From assembly GCA_016192915.1 (NCBI GenBank), contig JACPTF010000002.1:131530-195529 (forward strand): DNA of 64,000 nt. Reading direction: 5' to 3'. Source of the DNA: Candidatus Woesearchaeota archaeon (GTDB lineage Archaea; Nanobdellota; Nanobdellia; Woesearchaeales; UBA10216). Numbering within the stretch: the first letter of the stretch is position 1; each line of letters opens with the position of its first letter. The notes below the pieces were generated by a model. That model searched no databases, was not told the origin of the DNA, and saw nothing but the letters and a program-made list of their open reading frames with translations. The position numbers and the translations under genes are program-made. Positions 37,179 to 47,054 of the stretch are shown piece by piece.

Positions 37179-37536
37179 ATTCATTGATGCCAACATATTC
37201 ATACTAAGATGGAGCAACCCCAAAGTAAAGGAATTCATTGATTCACTAAACAGGGAAGAGCATTGCACATCTGTTTTGGTCTTAGCCGAGGTTTACCATA
37301 AGCTAAAGCAAAAAAAGGTGGAAAACGTCTTCAATTACATAAGGGGGATTCTGGGGACCATAAAAATCCACGACTTTACGCAGGATGAACTATTCGAGGC
37401 AATCAAGAGCCCTCTGGAAATAAATATAAACGACAAGATACACCTGGCAGTAATGAAAAACAATAGCATCAATACCGTCATTTCCTTTGACAAGGATTTT
37501 GACAAGGATAAAACAATCAAGAGAGAAGAGCTATAG
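37162..37536 (+). CDS. vapC: PIN-domain VapC toxin (second module)
   Basis: KFIDANIFI... N-terminal Asp. Overlaps its antitoxin by 17 bp. Confidence 0.65.
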   Translation: MTSTTKFIDANIFILRWSNPKVKEFIDSLNREEHCTSVLVLAEVYHKLKQKKVENVFNYIRGILGTIKIHDFTQDELFEAIKSPLEININDKIHLAVMKNNSINTVISFDKDFDKDKTIKREEL

Positions 37537-37550
37537 GGAACTGCTGTTTT

Positions 37551-39773
37551 TTACCTCTTTTTCTTGCTTTTTGCCGAAGCACCTGTGACTGCTGCTGTCG
37601 TGGCCTCCGCTTTTTGCAGCTTAGACAAGAACCCGCCCCTGTCGATAAGGGCTTTTATTGCAACAACCGCCTTCCTTATGTCGTTAAAGTCCGGTATGCG
37701 CATGTTGTCGAGGTAGTGCATACCCTTCCTGCTGAACCTCCCACCCATGAAACAGCTTATGATGGGCTTGCCGGGAAAGAGCTTATGGGCTTCAACAACA
37801 GCCTTCGCGTCAAGGACAGGGTTAGTCATTGCCTGAAGCGTCTGGATTATGATGAGGCCGTGAATGTAAGGCTCTTTCAGCAGCGCGTTTATGGCGAGCT
37901 CGTACCTGTCAGGCATTGCATCGCCGACAATATCAAGAGGATTTCTTCTTGAATAGGCGGGGTGCATTACGCCGCTCTTGTCAAAGGCTTTCAGCACGTC
38001 CTTGCTTAACTGGGGGAGCTTCACCCCAAGCTCATCACAGTAGTCGGAGCAGATGACGCCGCAGCCGCCACCATTCGTAACTATCCCGATTCCATTGCCG
38101 CTGCACACAGGCTGCTCAGCAAGCACCTTTGCCAAATCAAAGAGTTCTTCAACAGTATCTGCAATAACTGCGCCAGTTTGCCTGACTGCCGCCTCAAACA
38201 CCTTGGCATCGCCTGCCAAAGAGGCTGTGTGGGTTGCTGCTGCACTTGTACCTGAAGATGTTCTCCCGCCCTTTAATACAACGACCGGCTTTTTGATAAC
38301 AAGCTGCCTGAGCTTCTCAAAAAAGGCTCTGCCATTGTTAACACCTTCAATGTAAATAGCAACAGACCGTGTTTCCTCATCGTTAGCGAAGAAATCAAAG
38401 AAGTCATAGCAGTCGAGCATTGCCTTGTTGCCGTAGCTGACAATTGCGCTAAAGCCGTATCTGGCCTGTATGGACCAGTCAATTATGCTGTCTGCCAGCG
38501 CGCCCGACTGGCTAACGAAGGCAACTGACCCTTTTGGAGGCATGCTCGGCCCAAAGCTGGCATTGAGGTTATGCGCAGGCCTCACTATGCCGAGGCAGTT
38601 AGGGCCCAGCATGGGAATCCTTGCCTTCTTGAGCTTATCAGTCATTTTTGCTTGAAGCCTTCTGCCTTCTTCATTGAACTCGCCAAATCCCGAGCTGATT
38701 ATTATGGCGGATTTCACCTTTTTCTTGATGCAGTCGTCAACAGCCTTCATCACGATAGCATGAGGAACAGCAACAATGGCCATGTCAACATCCTCTGGTA
38801 TGCTCGAGACAGAAGGGTAGCACTTAAACCCGAGAATCTCTGTGGCAAAAGGGTTAACAGGGAAAAGCTTGCCCAGGAAAGGCCTGCAGTACTCGCAGCG
38901 GTGAACGCAGCCAAGGGTAAGGTTGCGCATTATGGACTGGCCAACAGATTCAGCATGCCTGGAAGCACCAATAACTGCCACAGAGGTGGGGGTGAAGAAC
39001 TTTGTAACAGCGGCAGGTTTCCAGCCATCGCTTGCCGATTTTGCTATTTTCGCTGCAGCTTTTTGGGCAACAGCCCTCACATCAACTGCAGTAACATCAC
39101 CAGAATCCTCAGCAACAAAAACAGGGTTTATGTCAAGCTCGCGGATTTCTGGATGATTCATCATAAGATTTGAGGCCTTAACAATGGCCGCCGCCAGATT
39201 CTGCAGCGCAATACCGCCGCCCTTTAAATTCTGAAGTTTGCCGTAAAACCTCGTGCCTTTAATCATGGCCGAAGCTTCTTCAGCTGCTACAGGGCAAAGC
39301 ATCACCGCAACATCGCCCAGCTCCTCGGCCAGGATGCCGCCAGAGCCAAATAAGATGGCAGGTCCAAAAGAAATGTCACGCTTTGCGCCAATGATGCACT
39401 CAAGTCCTGAAATCTCTTTCTGGACGGCAAGCACAAGCCTTCGCTCCACAGACTTTTTTGAGGCAAGCTTTGAATGGGCAGCCACTAGCTTCTTATAAGC
39501 GGCAGCGAGAGATTGAACGCTCTCAACTCTGGCAACCAGCCCATGCTTCGCCTTGTGAACGGCAACCTCTTTGGCTGGGGATGAAACAACCTTAAGAAAT
39601 ACAGGGAAACCCAGCTTTTCTGCGGCTGAAAGGCAGGCGGCTTCGTAAGCATTCTCCAAAAAAACTGTTGAGGGGAATGGTATCCCGGCCCTTGCCAGCA
39701 GATTAACAGCTTCTGAAAAGGCAAGAGGCCGTGCCGAGCTTTTTTGTGCCATTCCATTACAAACCGACGCCAA
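37551..39773 (-). CDS. ADP-forming acetyl-CoA synthetase (NDP-forming acyl-CoA synthetase), fused beta-alpha
   Basis: N-terminal ATP-grasp, C-terminal CoA-binding (VIGAS..., Rossmann) and succinyl-CoA-synthetase-like flavodoxin domains; 740 aa. Confidence 0.8.
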   Translation of the reverse strand: MASVCNGMAQKSSARPLAFSEAVNLLARAGIPFPSTVFLENAYEAACLSAAEKLGFPVFLKVVSSPAKEVAVHKAKHGLVARVESVQSLAAAYKKLVAAHSKLASKKSVERRLVLAVQKEISGLECIIGAKRDISFGPAILFGSGGILAEELGDVAVMLCPVAAEEASAMIKGTRFYGKLQNLKGGGIALQNLAAAIVKASNLMMNHPEIRELDINPVFVAEDSGDVTAVDVRAVAQKAAAKIAKSASDGWKPAAVTKFFTPTSVAVIGASRHAESVGQSIMRNLTLGCVHRCEYCRPFLGKLFPVNPFATEILGFKCYPSVSSIPEDVDMAIVAVPHAIVMKAVDDCIKKKVKSAIIISSGFGEFNEEGRRLQAKMTDKLKKARIPMLGPNCLGIVRPAHNLNASFGPSMPPKGSVAFVSQSGALADSIIDWSIQARYGFSAIVSYGNKAMLDCYDFFDFFANDEETRSVAIYIEGVNNGRAFFEKLRQLVIKKPVVVLKGGRTSSGTSAAATHTASLAGDAKVFEAAVRQTGAVIADTVEELFDLAKVLAEQPVCSGNGIGIVTNGGGCGVICSDYCDELGVKLPQLSKDVLKAFDKSGVMHPAYSRRNPLDIVGDAMPDRYELAINALLKEPYIHGLIIIQTLQAMTNPVLDAKAVVEAHKLFPGKPIISCFMGGRFSRKGMHYLDNMRIPDFNDIRKAVVAIKALIDRGGFLSKLQKAEATTAAVTGASAKSKKKR

Positions 39774-39809
39774 ATTATTTAAAACTATTTATCAAACCAT
39801 AAAACAGGC

Positions 39810-39830
39810 AAGCTTTGCGGGGCAAAGCTT
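39810..39830. promoter_or_regulatory. perfect palindrome AAGCTTTGC-ggg-GCAAAGCTT upstream of TrmB paralog 2
   Basis: 9-bp arms, in the divergent promoter region between the ACD and trmB-2 genes. Confidence 0.35.
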
Positions 39831-39904
39831 AAATAGTAGTTCTTAAGCAGTCAGCAAGGTTCATTTACTGGGGTGCAGTAAAAAAACGTAACATATTAAT
39901 AGTA

Positions 39905-40768
39905 GTGTTGTCAATTCACCCCTTATTAATTGTTGGAGGGTTTCAAATGATTATTAAAGAAGAATTCCTTAGTAAACTCAGGACTTATTTCTCGCTAAAC
40001 CTTTACGAAGTCAAAATATGGACAGCGTTGCTGTCAAGAGGAGTCGCAACAGCCGGTGAGCTTTCTGATATTGCTAATGTTCCCAGGAGCAGGAGCTATG
40101 ATGTTTTGGAGAGTTTGGAAAAGAAGGGATTTGTAATAATGAAGTTTGGCAAGCCGATAAAGTACCTTGCAGTGCAGCCAGTAGAGGTAGTTGAAAGGGT
40201 AAAGAAGCATATGAAGGAGGAGTCTGAAAAAAGGCTCAAGAGGCTTGATGAAGTTAAAAACACAGAGATTGTTGATGAGCTCAAGATGCTGCACCAGCAG
40301 GGTATAGAGCTTGTAGAGCCGGCAGACCTTTCAGGCAGCCTGAAGGGAAGGCACAACCTCTACAACCACCTTGATCTCATGATAAAGAACGCCGAAAAAA
40401 CCGTTACAATACTGACAACATCCCAGGATTTCCTTAGAAAAGTGGAAGGCTTGAAGATGACAATGGAAAAGGCTAAGAAAAGGGGTGTAAAAATCAGAAT
40501 TGCCGTGCCTATCTCAAAGGAAAACAAGCACGCTGTAGACGCAATCACCGACATTGCAGAGGTGAGGCACACCGAAGCAAAAGGGAGGTTCTGCGTTATT
40601 GACGGCAAGGAAATGATGTTCATGGTAATGGATGACAAGGACGTCCACCCAACCTATGACGTGGGCATCTGGGTTAACACGCCATTCTTCGCGGCAGCGC
40701 TAGAGAGCCTGTTTGAGGTTGCCTGGAAAGGCATGAAGTCTGCAGTTGAAGTAGCTAGACGTGCATAA
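39905..40768 (+). CDS. TrmB-family transcriptional regulator (paralog 2)
   Basis: HTH region nearly identical to paralog 1 (AGELSDIANVPRSRSYDVLESLEKKGF), and the same domain layout. Confidence 0.8.
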   Translation: MLSIHPLLIVGGFQMIIKEEFLSKLRTYFSLNLYEVKIWTALLSRGVATAGELSDIANVPRSRSYDVLESLEKKGFVIMKFGKPIKYLAVQPVEVVERVKKHMKEESEKRLKRLDEVKNTEIVDELKMLHQQGIELVEPADLSGSLKGRHNLYNHLDLMIKNAEKTVTILTTSQDFLRKVEGLKMTMEKAKKRGVKIRIAVPISKENKHAVDAITDIAEVRHTEAKGRFCVIDGKEMMFMVMDDKDVHPTYDVGIWVNTPFFAAALESLFEVAWKGMKSAVEVARRA

Positions 40769-40782
40769 AACGATCTTCCTGT

Positions 40783-41451
40783 TTATCTATGTGTGGAATC
40801 AACTACTTTCTTGATGTCTGCTGCCTTCTTTGGCCCTATCAGCTCAACCTTTTGCAGCTGTTCCTCGCTCGCATTGATTATTTCGGCTACGGACCCGAAT
40901 TTTCCCAGGAGAGCCCTTGCCAGTTTCAGCTCTATCCCTGGCAGTGAGGTAATTACATACTCCTGCTGCTCCTTTAGCGTCGCAGGCTTTTTGGCGTGCA
41001 TGGCTGGCTGCGGTACATTATTTTCCATCTCCCTTTTTGCAATCGCCACGATTAAGCCAGCAGTGTCTCTTGGATTTCTGGAATGAAGTATGGGTATGCC
41101 ATAGCCTACCGCTATTGCAGCCAGCATGCCCCTTATAGCGTTTGGGTGCACATTCCTGATTGAGTAGAGGTCATGTTCGTCTGCTCCTTCTATTATCAGT
41201 ACAGGCCTCTCGAAGCTTTCCTTCATTTCCCTCAGCTGCCGCAGCAGCCTTCCATCTACGATTGAATTAACAAAATCAGAAGAGCGTTTCAGCTCAACAG
41301 CAGCCCTGCTGCTGCACAGGAAATCCCCTACCGGAAGGGCTTTGAGCTCTATCAGTGCTCCTTCATCATATAGGGCTTTGACAACGCCTGAATGCTTTTC
41401 CCTTACGTCGGCAAATATCCTTATTTTCTCTTCCATTTTTATTTTAGTCAA
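40783..41451 (-). CDS. hef: Hef/XPF-type ERCC4 nuclease with C-terminal HhH2 domain (split from helicase)
   Basis: ERCC4 motifs (FADVRE, GDF, ELKR) and C-terminal (HhH)2. TTG or ATG start abuts the helicase stop. Confidence 0.75.
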   Translation of the reverse strand: MTKIKMEEKIRIFADVREKHSGVVKALYDEGALIELKALPVGDFLCSSRAAVELKRSSDFVNSIVDGRLLRQLREMKESFERPVLIIEGADEHDLYSIRNVHPNAIRGMLAAIAVGYGIPILHSRNPRDTAGLIVAIAKREMENNVPQPAMHAKKPATLKEQQEYVITSLPGIELKLARALLGKFGSVAEIINASEEQLQKVELIGPKKAADIKKVVDSTHR

Positions 41452-43008
41452 CTAGGCAAATTTGTCAAGCTGTCTTTGTGCTATTGGCGTTAGCTTGAGT
41501 TTGCTTTTCAGTGTTTTCAGTATGCGGTGCATCCTCTTTTCCCTGTGGTGGGCAACCCACCTGAATGCTTCGTCTCTGGTGTCTCTTGTCACGAGTATTA
41601 CGACCTTGCCTTTTTCCTGCCTTCCTGTTCTCCCCCTGCGCTGAATCTGTCTTATCGCTGAGGGTATTGGCTCGTAAAAAACCACCAAATCAACCTTTGG
41701 AATGTCCAGCCCTTCCTCTCCGATTGAAGTGGCAATTATGGCGTTGAACTCGCCCTCTGCAAATCTCCGGAGAAGTTCCTTTTGCTCCTTTTGCGATAGC
41801 CCTGTATCGCCTTTTTTCATCTGCCCCACGAAGATGCTGGCCCTGACCCCTTCCATTTTATTGAGCTCATGCTGCAGTTTCTGTGCCGAATCCCTGTACT
41901 GGTTGAACACTATTGCCTTTGCCCCTTTGGCATCAGCAACGTTCTCTTTTATTATCCTCTTAAGCTCGTCCAGTTTGGGGTGCTCGACTTTTTTCTCGTA
42001 AAGCTGCCATGTTTTTTCAATTGCGGCAAGGAAATTGTTGTCAGTGAAAAGCCTTTTGACCGCTTTTGTCTTCGCTGCCTTTGCGTCTTCCTTTAGCCTT
42101 TCCGCGTATTTGTAAAGTGCCGTAACCCCCTGCGTTTCTATTAACTCTAGTGCGTGCCCGACTTTCATTGCTTCTGACAGGGCTGAAACAGCCATGAGCA
42201 GCGGGAAATGCTTCCTGCCGCTTGCCATTTCTGCATGCAGCCTTGCCTGAAGCTTTAGGAGGTCGCCTTTGGTGACTCCGGTTATTCCGCTGAGGAAACC
42301 CATCTTTTTAACCACTTCAAGCTTAGACCTCAAAGACAGCTCCAGAAGCTTTTTTATCTCCACAAACTCCCCAGGAAGGTCGACCTTTACCCAGTCTATG
42401 TTCATCTCCTGAACGTAGGGCTTCACGTCCTGATCAGACTCTGTTCTGACCTCTATGTCCTCTATGAACAGGTTTTGGCAGACCTCTGTTATCTTTTCCA
42501 TGTCGCTTCCCGGTGACGCTGTTAGTGCCAGTATTCTTGGGAACCTTGCAGTTTTGATGTAGTGCTTTGCTATCCAGACATAGCTATAATCCTTCACTGC
42601 CCTGTGAGCCTCGTCAAACCCCAGCAGTGTGGCGTTTTCAAGGCTTATCCTCCCGGCAAGCAGGTCGTTCTCCAGCCCCTGTGGTGTGCTGAATATCACT
42701 GTAGCATTGCCCCACAGCTCCATCCTCTTCTCAGCAGCAACCACCCCAGTAAGCACAGCCATCCTTCCCTCTGCTATGTCAAAGTATTTCCTGAAAACCT
42801 CCCTGTACTGGTCAATGAGGGGCCTTGTTGGCCCTATCAGGAGTATCTTGCTGTCAGGGTAAAGCTTGAGCCTGTGCGCTGCCAGCATGAGGAATATGTT
42901 TGTCTTCCCCAGCCCCGTTGGCAAAACCACCAGGGTGTTTTTGGTGGTGGTGGTTGCCAGGATGGTTTCCTGGTACAGCCTTGGGGTAAATCCTTTTATC
43001 ATCAGCAT
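41452..43008 (-). CDS. hef: Hef-type superfamily-2 helicase (FANCM/Hef family), encoded separately from the nuclease
   Basis: LPTGLGKT Walker A, DEAH box (FDEAHR), and HELICc with QRRGRTGR. Confidence 0.8.
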   Translation of the reverse strand: MLMIKGFTPRLYQETILATTTTKNTLVVLPTGLGKTNIFLMLAAHRLKLYPDSKILLIGPTRPLIDQYREVFRKYFDIAEGRMAVLTGVVAAEKRMELWGNATVIFSTPQGLENDLLAGRISLENATLLGFDEAHRAVKDYSYVWIAKHYIKTARFPRILALTASPGSDMEKITEVCQNLFIEDIEVRTESDQDVKPYVQEMNIDWVKVDLPGEFVEIKKLLELSLRSKLEVVKKMGFLSGITGVTKGDLLKLQARLHAEMASGRKHFPLLMAVSALSEAMKVGHALELIETQGVTALYKYAERLKEDAKAAKTKAVKRLFTDNNFLAAIEKTWQLYEKKVEHPKLDELKRIIKENVADAKGAKAIVFNQYRDSAQKLQHELNKMEGVRASIFVGQMKKGDTGLSQKEQKELLRRFAEGEFNAIIATSIGEEGLDIPKVDLVVFYEPIPSAIRQIQRRGRTGRQEKGKVVILVTRDTRDEAFRWVAHHREKRMHRILKTLKSKLKLTPIAQRQLDKFA

Positions 43009-43034
43009 CTGCCAGCAATCTTTGAGTTAAAAAC

Positions 43035-43379
43035 TTATGCCAAGAAATCAAGGTTTTTGTGCAGGTAATAGCTTGCTGCAGTTGCCGAAACAAACACTAA
43101 GGTTATGATGATGCCGTTCCCTATCCTGTGGCCTATTAAGTAGCCGACTATGAAGGCTAGGCCTATTGCCTGGAAAGGCAAGGGGTCGTTCTGCCTTTTA
43201 ACGTAAAAAAGCCTCCCGGCGATTAAGCCTGCAGCCGCAACTAAAACGTGCGCAAATGTTGCATCAACAACAAGCTTTCCCAAAACAAATCCCGTGATCA
43301 GAGTTCCAAAAAAGGATAGCTCTACCCAGTTTGTCAGGACTTCAAACCCTCCCTTTCTCCAGCGCCTCATCTTTATCAC
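43035..43379 (-). CDS. small integral membrane protein
   Basis: 114 aa with 3-4 hydrophobic helices. Confidence 0.4.
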   Translation of the reverse strand: MIKMRRWRKGGFEVLTNWVELSFFGTLITGFVLGKLVVDATFAHVLVAAAGLIAGRLFYVKRQNDPLPFQAIGLAFIVGYLIGHRIGNGIIITLVFVSATAASYYLHKNLDFLA

Positions 43380-44131
43380 TTAAGCAGCTTGCCTTCAACG
43401 AATTTGAAATACATCACTGCAGTAAATATTCCTATGGCAAGAGCGGCTGCTATTGTAAGCCATGTGCTTAGCCATGGTATAAGGAGCAGCAGCCCGCAGC
43501 TTATTACTGCCCCGAAAACAAACGGGTAGGCTGTTTTGCTGGCGTACATTATGTTCGCCCCGTCCAGTGGCGGTATGGGCAGTACATTGGTTATTGCAAA
43601 CAACACATTCACAAGGATGAGCTTCTCAGAAACAGGCTGCGGCAGGAACCCCATGCTTTTGACTATAATTGCAATCAGCAGGTTTGTGAGCGGCCCTGCC
43701 AGTGATACCTTTCCAAGGTCAAAGTACCCCAATTGGTACCTGAAATAGCCCAGCCTGTGCTTCTCCATTATGTTCAGGAACACGCCGCTGTAAGCAAGGA
43801 ATATCACTTTGCCGTAAGTCATGAAAGCCAGAATAATGCCTGCGAGCAGCCCGTAAATGAATGGCTTGAATTCTGTCTTGTATCCCATGTTCAGCCCGAA
43901 TATCCTGTGCGCTGACTCGTGCGCAAAAACCGCGACTGCCACCGCTATCAGGCTTAAACCGAAATTGTTCAGGAAAACGTTGAGGGCAAACTTGTCCCCC
44001 TCAAACCTGAATCCGACTATGAACGCCATTACCAGCACAGATATCAGGAGAAAAATCTGCTCGTTCCTGCTGAATGCATAGTACCTTTTAAGCCTGTCCA
44101 GCCAGTCGTAAAAGCTATACAGTGATGCCAT
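43376..44131 (-). CDS. M50-like (site-2 protease family) membrane metalloprotease
   Basis: HESAH (HExxH) in a TM helix and a distal LDG motif, in a polytopic protein. Confidence 0.65.
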   Translation of the reverse strand: MASLYSFYDWLDRLKRYYAFSRNEQIFLLISVLVMAFIVGFRFEGDKFALNVFLNNFGLSLIAVAVAVFAHESAHRIFGLNMGYKTEFKPFIYGLLAGIILAFMTYGKVIFLAYSGVFLNIMEKHRLGYFRYQLGYFDLGKVSLAGPLTNLLIAIIVKSMGFLPQPVSEKLILVNVLFAITNVLPIPPLDGANIMYASKTAYPFVFGAVISCGLLLLIPWLSTWLTIAAALAIGIFTAVMYFKFVEGKLLK

Positions 44132-44178
44132 CTTTTTTTCTCCCTCTCTTTTTAGCTTACTATCCTATTAGCAACTTT

Positions 44179-44859
44179 TTAAATGCTTCGCTCAGTTTGT
44201 TTTTTAACAAGCCTCATAATCTCCCTCTCGTGCCCCGCCCCCACAACCGCGACTATCTTGCTGTCAAGTTCGCTTCTCATTATCGTGGCAAGCATCTTAG
44301 CCATGTAATAATCCCTGTCTGTTACAAGCGCCTTGTATAGCCCAGGATACCTCCCCTTTACCTTTCGCATTGCCATCTCTACAAAGCTGCCTGTTGGCGT
44401 CTTTGAGAGGTCTATGTTTACCTTTTCCGTTTCTAGCCCAGCCATTCCGAAGATTACGTCTTTGGCAAGCCTCAGTTTTTCCCTGAGCCGTATTTTTGAC
44501 AGGTTCCTCATTGTTATACTGAGCGGCTGGTCTATCAAGGCAACCCTTGCGTTGTTCTGCTTCGCTACCTCCACAGCTGTTTTCATTTCCTCCCCAGGAA
44601 CTGCACCAATGAGCCTGCCAAGTTTTCTTTGCAGCAGCCCTCCTATTGTAAAGAAAGCAAACCCTGTAAGGCCCATGGCCCTCAGCGCGGCAATGCTGAA
44701 CCTGGGCTTCTCCTCAGAAAGCAGCGCGTGAAGCCTGGCGTGGTCAAGCTCAACCGCCACTATGTCAGGCTTCTCAGCCGTTATTGTCTCAGTTACCCTT
44801 CTCACGCTGTCTTTGGCTATGTGCGATGTCCCTATTATTGTCAGGTTTTCATGTTTCAT
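44179..44859 (-). CDS. TraB/GumN-family protein
   Basis: N-terminus LTIIGTSHIAKDS...IVAVELD matches the TraB family pattern. Confidence 0.6.
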   Translation of the reverse strand: MKHENLTIIGTSHIAKDSVRRVTETITAEKPDIVAVELDHARLHALLSEEKPRFSIAALRAMGLTGFAFFTIGGLLQRKLGRLIGAVPGEEMKTAVEVAKQNNARVALIDQPLSITMRNLSKIRLREKLRLAKDVIFGMAGLETEKVNIDLSKTPTGSFVEMAMRKVKGRYPGLYKALVTDRDYYMAKMLATIMRSELDSKIVAVVGAGHEREIMRLVKKQTERSI

Positions 44860-44961
44860 TTTTGTTTGCCCCAGTGACGATTTTTTAAGCTGGAGGTTCC
44901 AAAAAATTTATATATCGCTGCAGGGATAGTTGCAGGCTTAAGTGTTTATTGTTTTTGGAAG

Positions 44962-45246
44962 GTGAGCTTTATGCTGAGGACAAAAAGGGTTAGAGAAACT
45001 TATGATATGAGGGTTTTTACCGATACGGGCGATTACTTTGGCGATGTTGAGGAAGCCCTCATGACCCAGACCAAGGTCATAGGCTGGCGTGTCAAAGCCA
45101 CCAGAAACTCTGTTCTGAGCAAGCTCTTGGGCAGCGCTAAGGGCGTTGTAGTCCCGCATCAGCTGGTCAAGTCCGTTGGGGACGTCATGATAATTTCCAA
45201 GGCGGCGATGCCAAGCTACACTGGAGAAGAGCCGGTTGGTGTTTAG
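44962..45246 (+). CDS. PRC-barrel domain protein (second)
   Basis: Small beta-barrel pattern similar to 22778..23041. Confidence 0.4.
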   Translation: MSFMLRTKRVRETYDMRVFTDTGDYFGDVEEALMTQTKVIGWRVKATRNSVLSKLLGSAKGVVVPHQLVKSVGDVMIISKAAMPSYTGEEPVGV

Positions 45247-45273
45247 CTAATTTCTCAAAGCTTATCAAAGAAG

Positions 45274-46653
45274 CTACAGAAGCTGCCTTTGCTCGTACAC
45301 CAACCTTGGCCTCTGCTGCACCAGTGGATCTTTAGTAAGTGCCACGAGGTTGTGCAAGGCAATGTTGAAGTTTACCCCAACCTGGGGTAGAGTATACCTT
45401 ACAAGTCTTTCCCTCTGACTGCCGTCTTCTACTACCTGTTCATGATCTTCAACAAGCACGCCCCCTTTTACATGCCCACTTTCTGAAAACCTTAACCCAT
45501 ACATTTTCTCAAAACCAGTCAGAGTGTCCCTTGATAGCTCTGGGAACATTGGCAAAACAACAAACTTTCTTCCAGGGTCCACCTCGCCTTCCAGCTGCCA
45601 TCTTGCTGTTCTAAGCATTCTAAGGTACGCAAAAACTGCATGCCTGTCAACAAGAACCTCATCCCCTTTTCTTTCTGCCCTGTTGAAGATCTGAATAGTT
45701 CTTCTGTGGTACTTTGCTGTCCAGAGCACCTCTTTAGGGCAAGTGTCCTCTGCCCTGAAGTCGTAGCTCATGCCAATAGCCTCTGGCGTAACCACAACAC
45801 TGTTCCTTCTCCTATCAAAATTCCTTCTGGGAACAAGGGGTATGTGATGCAGTGTTACAATGTAGGTCTCGCCTGGCTTTGTCAGTGAAGGAACGTTTTT
45901 TACTATAGCTAATCCTCCCATTGTCCATATATCGTCTGTGTCGCAGTAAAATGTAACTTCTCCTATAAAGTCGCCCCACAGCCTTTGCGGCAGAGTTCTG
46001 TCCATCAGCTGGGCTATAAAGAAATCAGATAAATACATCACCCTGAAAGTTCTGTTAGAAGATGTTATGCCTCTAAAATCTAAGCCCACTCTTATGTCCC
46101 CCATCTTTAGCCCTCTTAACCTCTCTTCCATGGCGTGAGGCATAAGAACAACAGCCTCGTCAATGCTATCATAACGAGGAGTGGTAACCAAATGATGGTT
46201 TTTTGAAAGCTGCATCCTTGGGTAATTGGGGAATATGTTGTTTTCTGGGGTAATTAGGACAACTTTGTTCGGTCCTGCCTCTAGTCTGGCTTCACTAAAC
46301 CGCTGCCAAGCGTCTCTATAAGGCTGCTCAAGATGAGCATATTCTTGTGAAGGGAAAATCCCGCCTTCCTCAAACTTGAACCGTCTGTACTCTTCTGGCA
46401 AGCGCAAATCTGGCACAACAACTAAGCCCTTGGCAGCTAACTCTCCCAAAACCTGCCTGCTGTTGTGGATGTAGTCCTGCCATGTGCGGTTGATAAACCT
46501 CAACTTAGGCTCGATTAGTTCCTTTATCCCAGCCGGCTGTAAGTTTCTTACAAGCCTTTCCAATGGTTTTTCAGCAATCTCCCCTAAAGTCATAACAATC
46601 TGGAAAGCATTCCGCAGTAAAAAATGTTGTGGTATTCTTACGGGCAGCAACAC
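45274..46653 (-). CDS. conserved hypothetical protein (459 aa)
   Basis: Long intact ORF with no confidently recognised family. Confidence 0.4.
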   Translation of the reverse strand: MLLPVRIPQHFLLRNAFQIVMTLGEIAEKPLERLVRNLQPAGIKELIEPKLRFINRTWQDYIHNSRQVLGELAAKGLVVVPDLRLPEEYRRFKFEEGGIFPSQEYAHLEQPYRDAWQRFSEARLEAGPNKVVLITPENNIFPNYPRMQLSKNHHLVTTPRYDSIDEAVVLMPHAMEERLRGLKMGDIRVGLDFRGITSSNRTFRVMYLSDFFIAQLMDRTLPQRLWGDFIGEVTFYCDTDDIWTMGGLAIVKNVPSLTKPGETYIVTLHHIPLVPRRNFDRRRNSVVVTPEAIGMSYDFRAEDTCPKEVLWTAKYHRRTIQIFNRAERKGDEVLVDRHAVFAYLRMLRTARWQLEGEVDPGRKFVVLPMFPELSRDTLTGFEKMYGLRFSESGHVKGGVLVEDHEQVVEDGSQRERLVRYTLPQVGVNFNIALHNLVALTKDPLVQQRPRLVYEQRQLL

Positions 46654-46685
46654 CTTTTTAAACCTAAAAACTACCCCCCCGCTTT

Positions 46686-46991
46686 ATGGCAGAAGCGTTA
46701 TCGAAAGAATCCATCCTTGACCAGCTCAAGCAAGTCGAGGACCCGGAGCTCCGTTGCAACATAGTTGATCTTGGCCTCATTTACGGTGTCAAGATAGACA
46801 ATGGCATGGTTGTTATTGACATGACCTTAACATCGCCAGCATGCCCTGTCGGCCCGTACATCATCGCAGAGGTTGAAAAGGCTGTAAAGAAGATGGCCGG
46901 TGTTACCGGAGTTACAGTTAACGTAGTCTGGGAGCCGTTGTGGAGCCCTGACCGCATGTCTGAAGAGGCCAAGGTTGCGCTTGGAATATGA
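46686..46991 (+). CDS. DUF59/MIP18-family Fe-S assembly protein (SufT-like)
   Basis: VEDPELRCNIVDLGLIYGV...CP signature. Confidence 0.7.
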   Translation: MAEALSKESILDQLKQVEDPELRCNIVDLGLIYGVKIDNGMVVIDMTLTSPACPVGPYIIAEVEKAVKKMAGVTGVTVNVVWEPLWSPDRMSEEAKVALGI

Positions 46992-47054
46992 GTCTTGTTT
47001 TGCACGGCTGCAACAACAATCTTTAAATCAGCACACAGAATCCTTCTTATCTGC

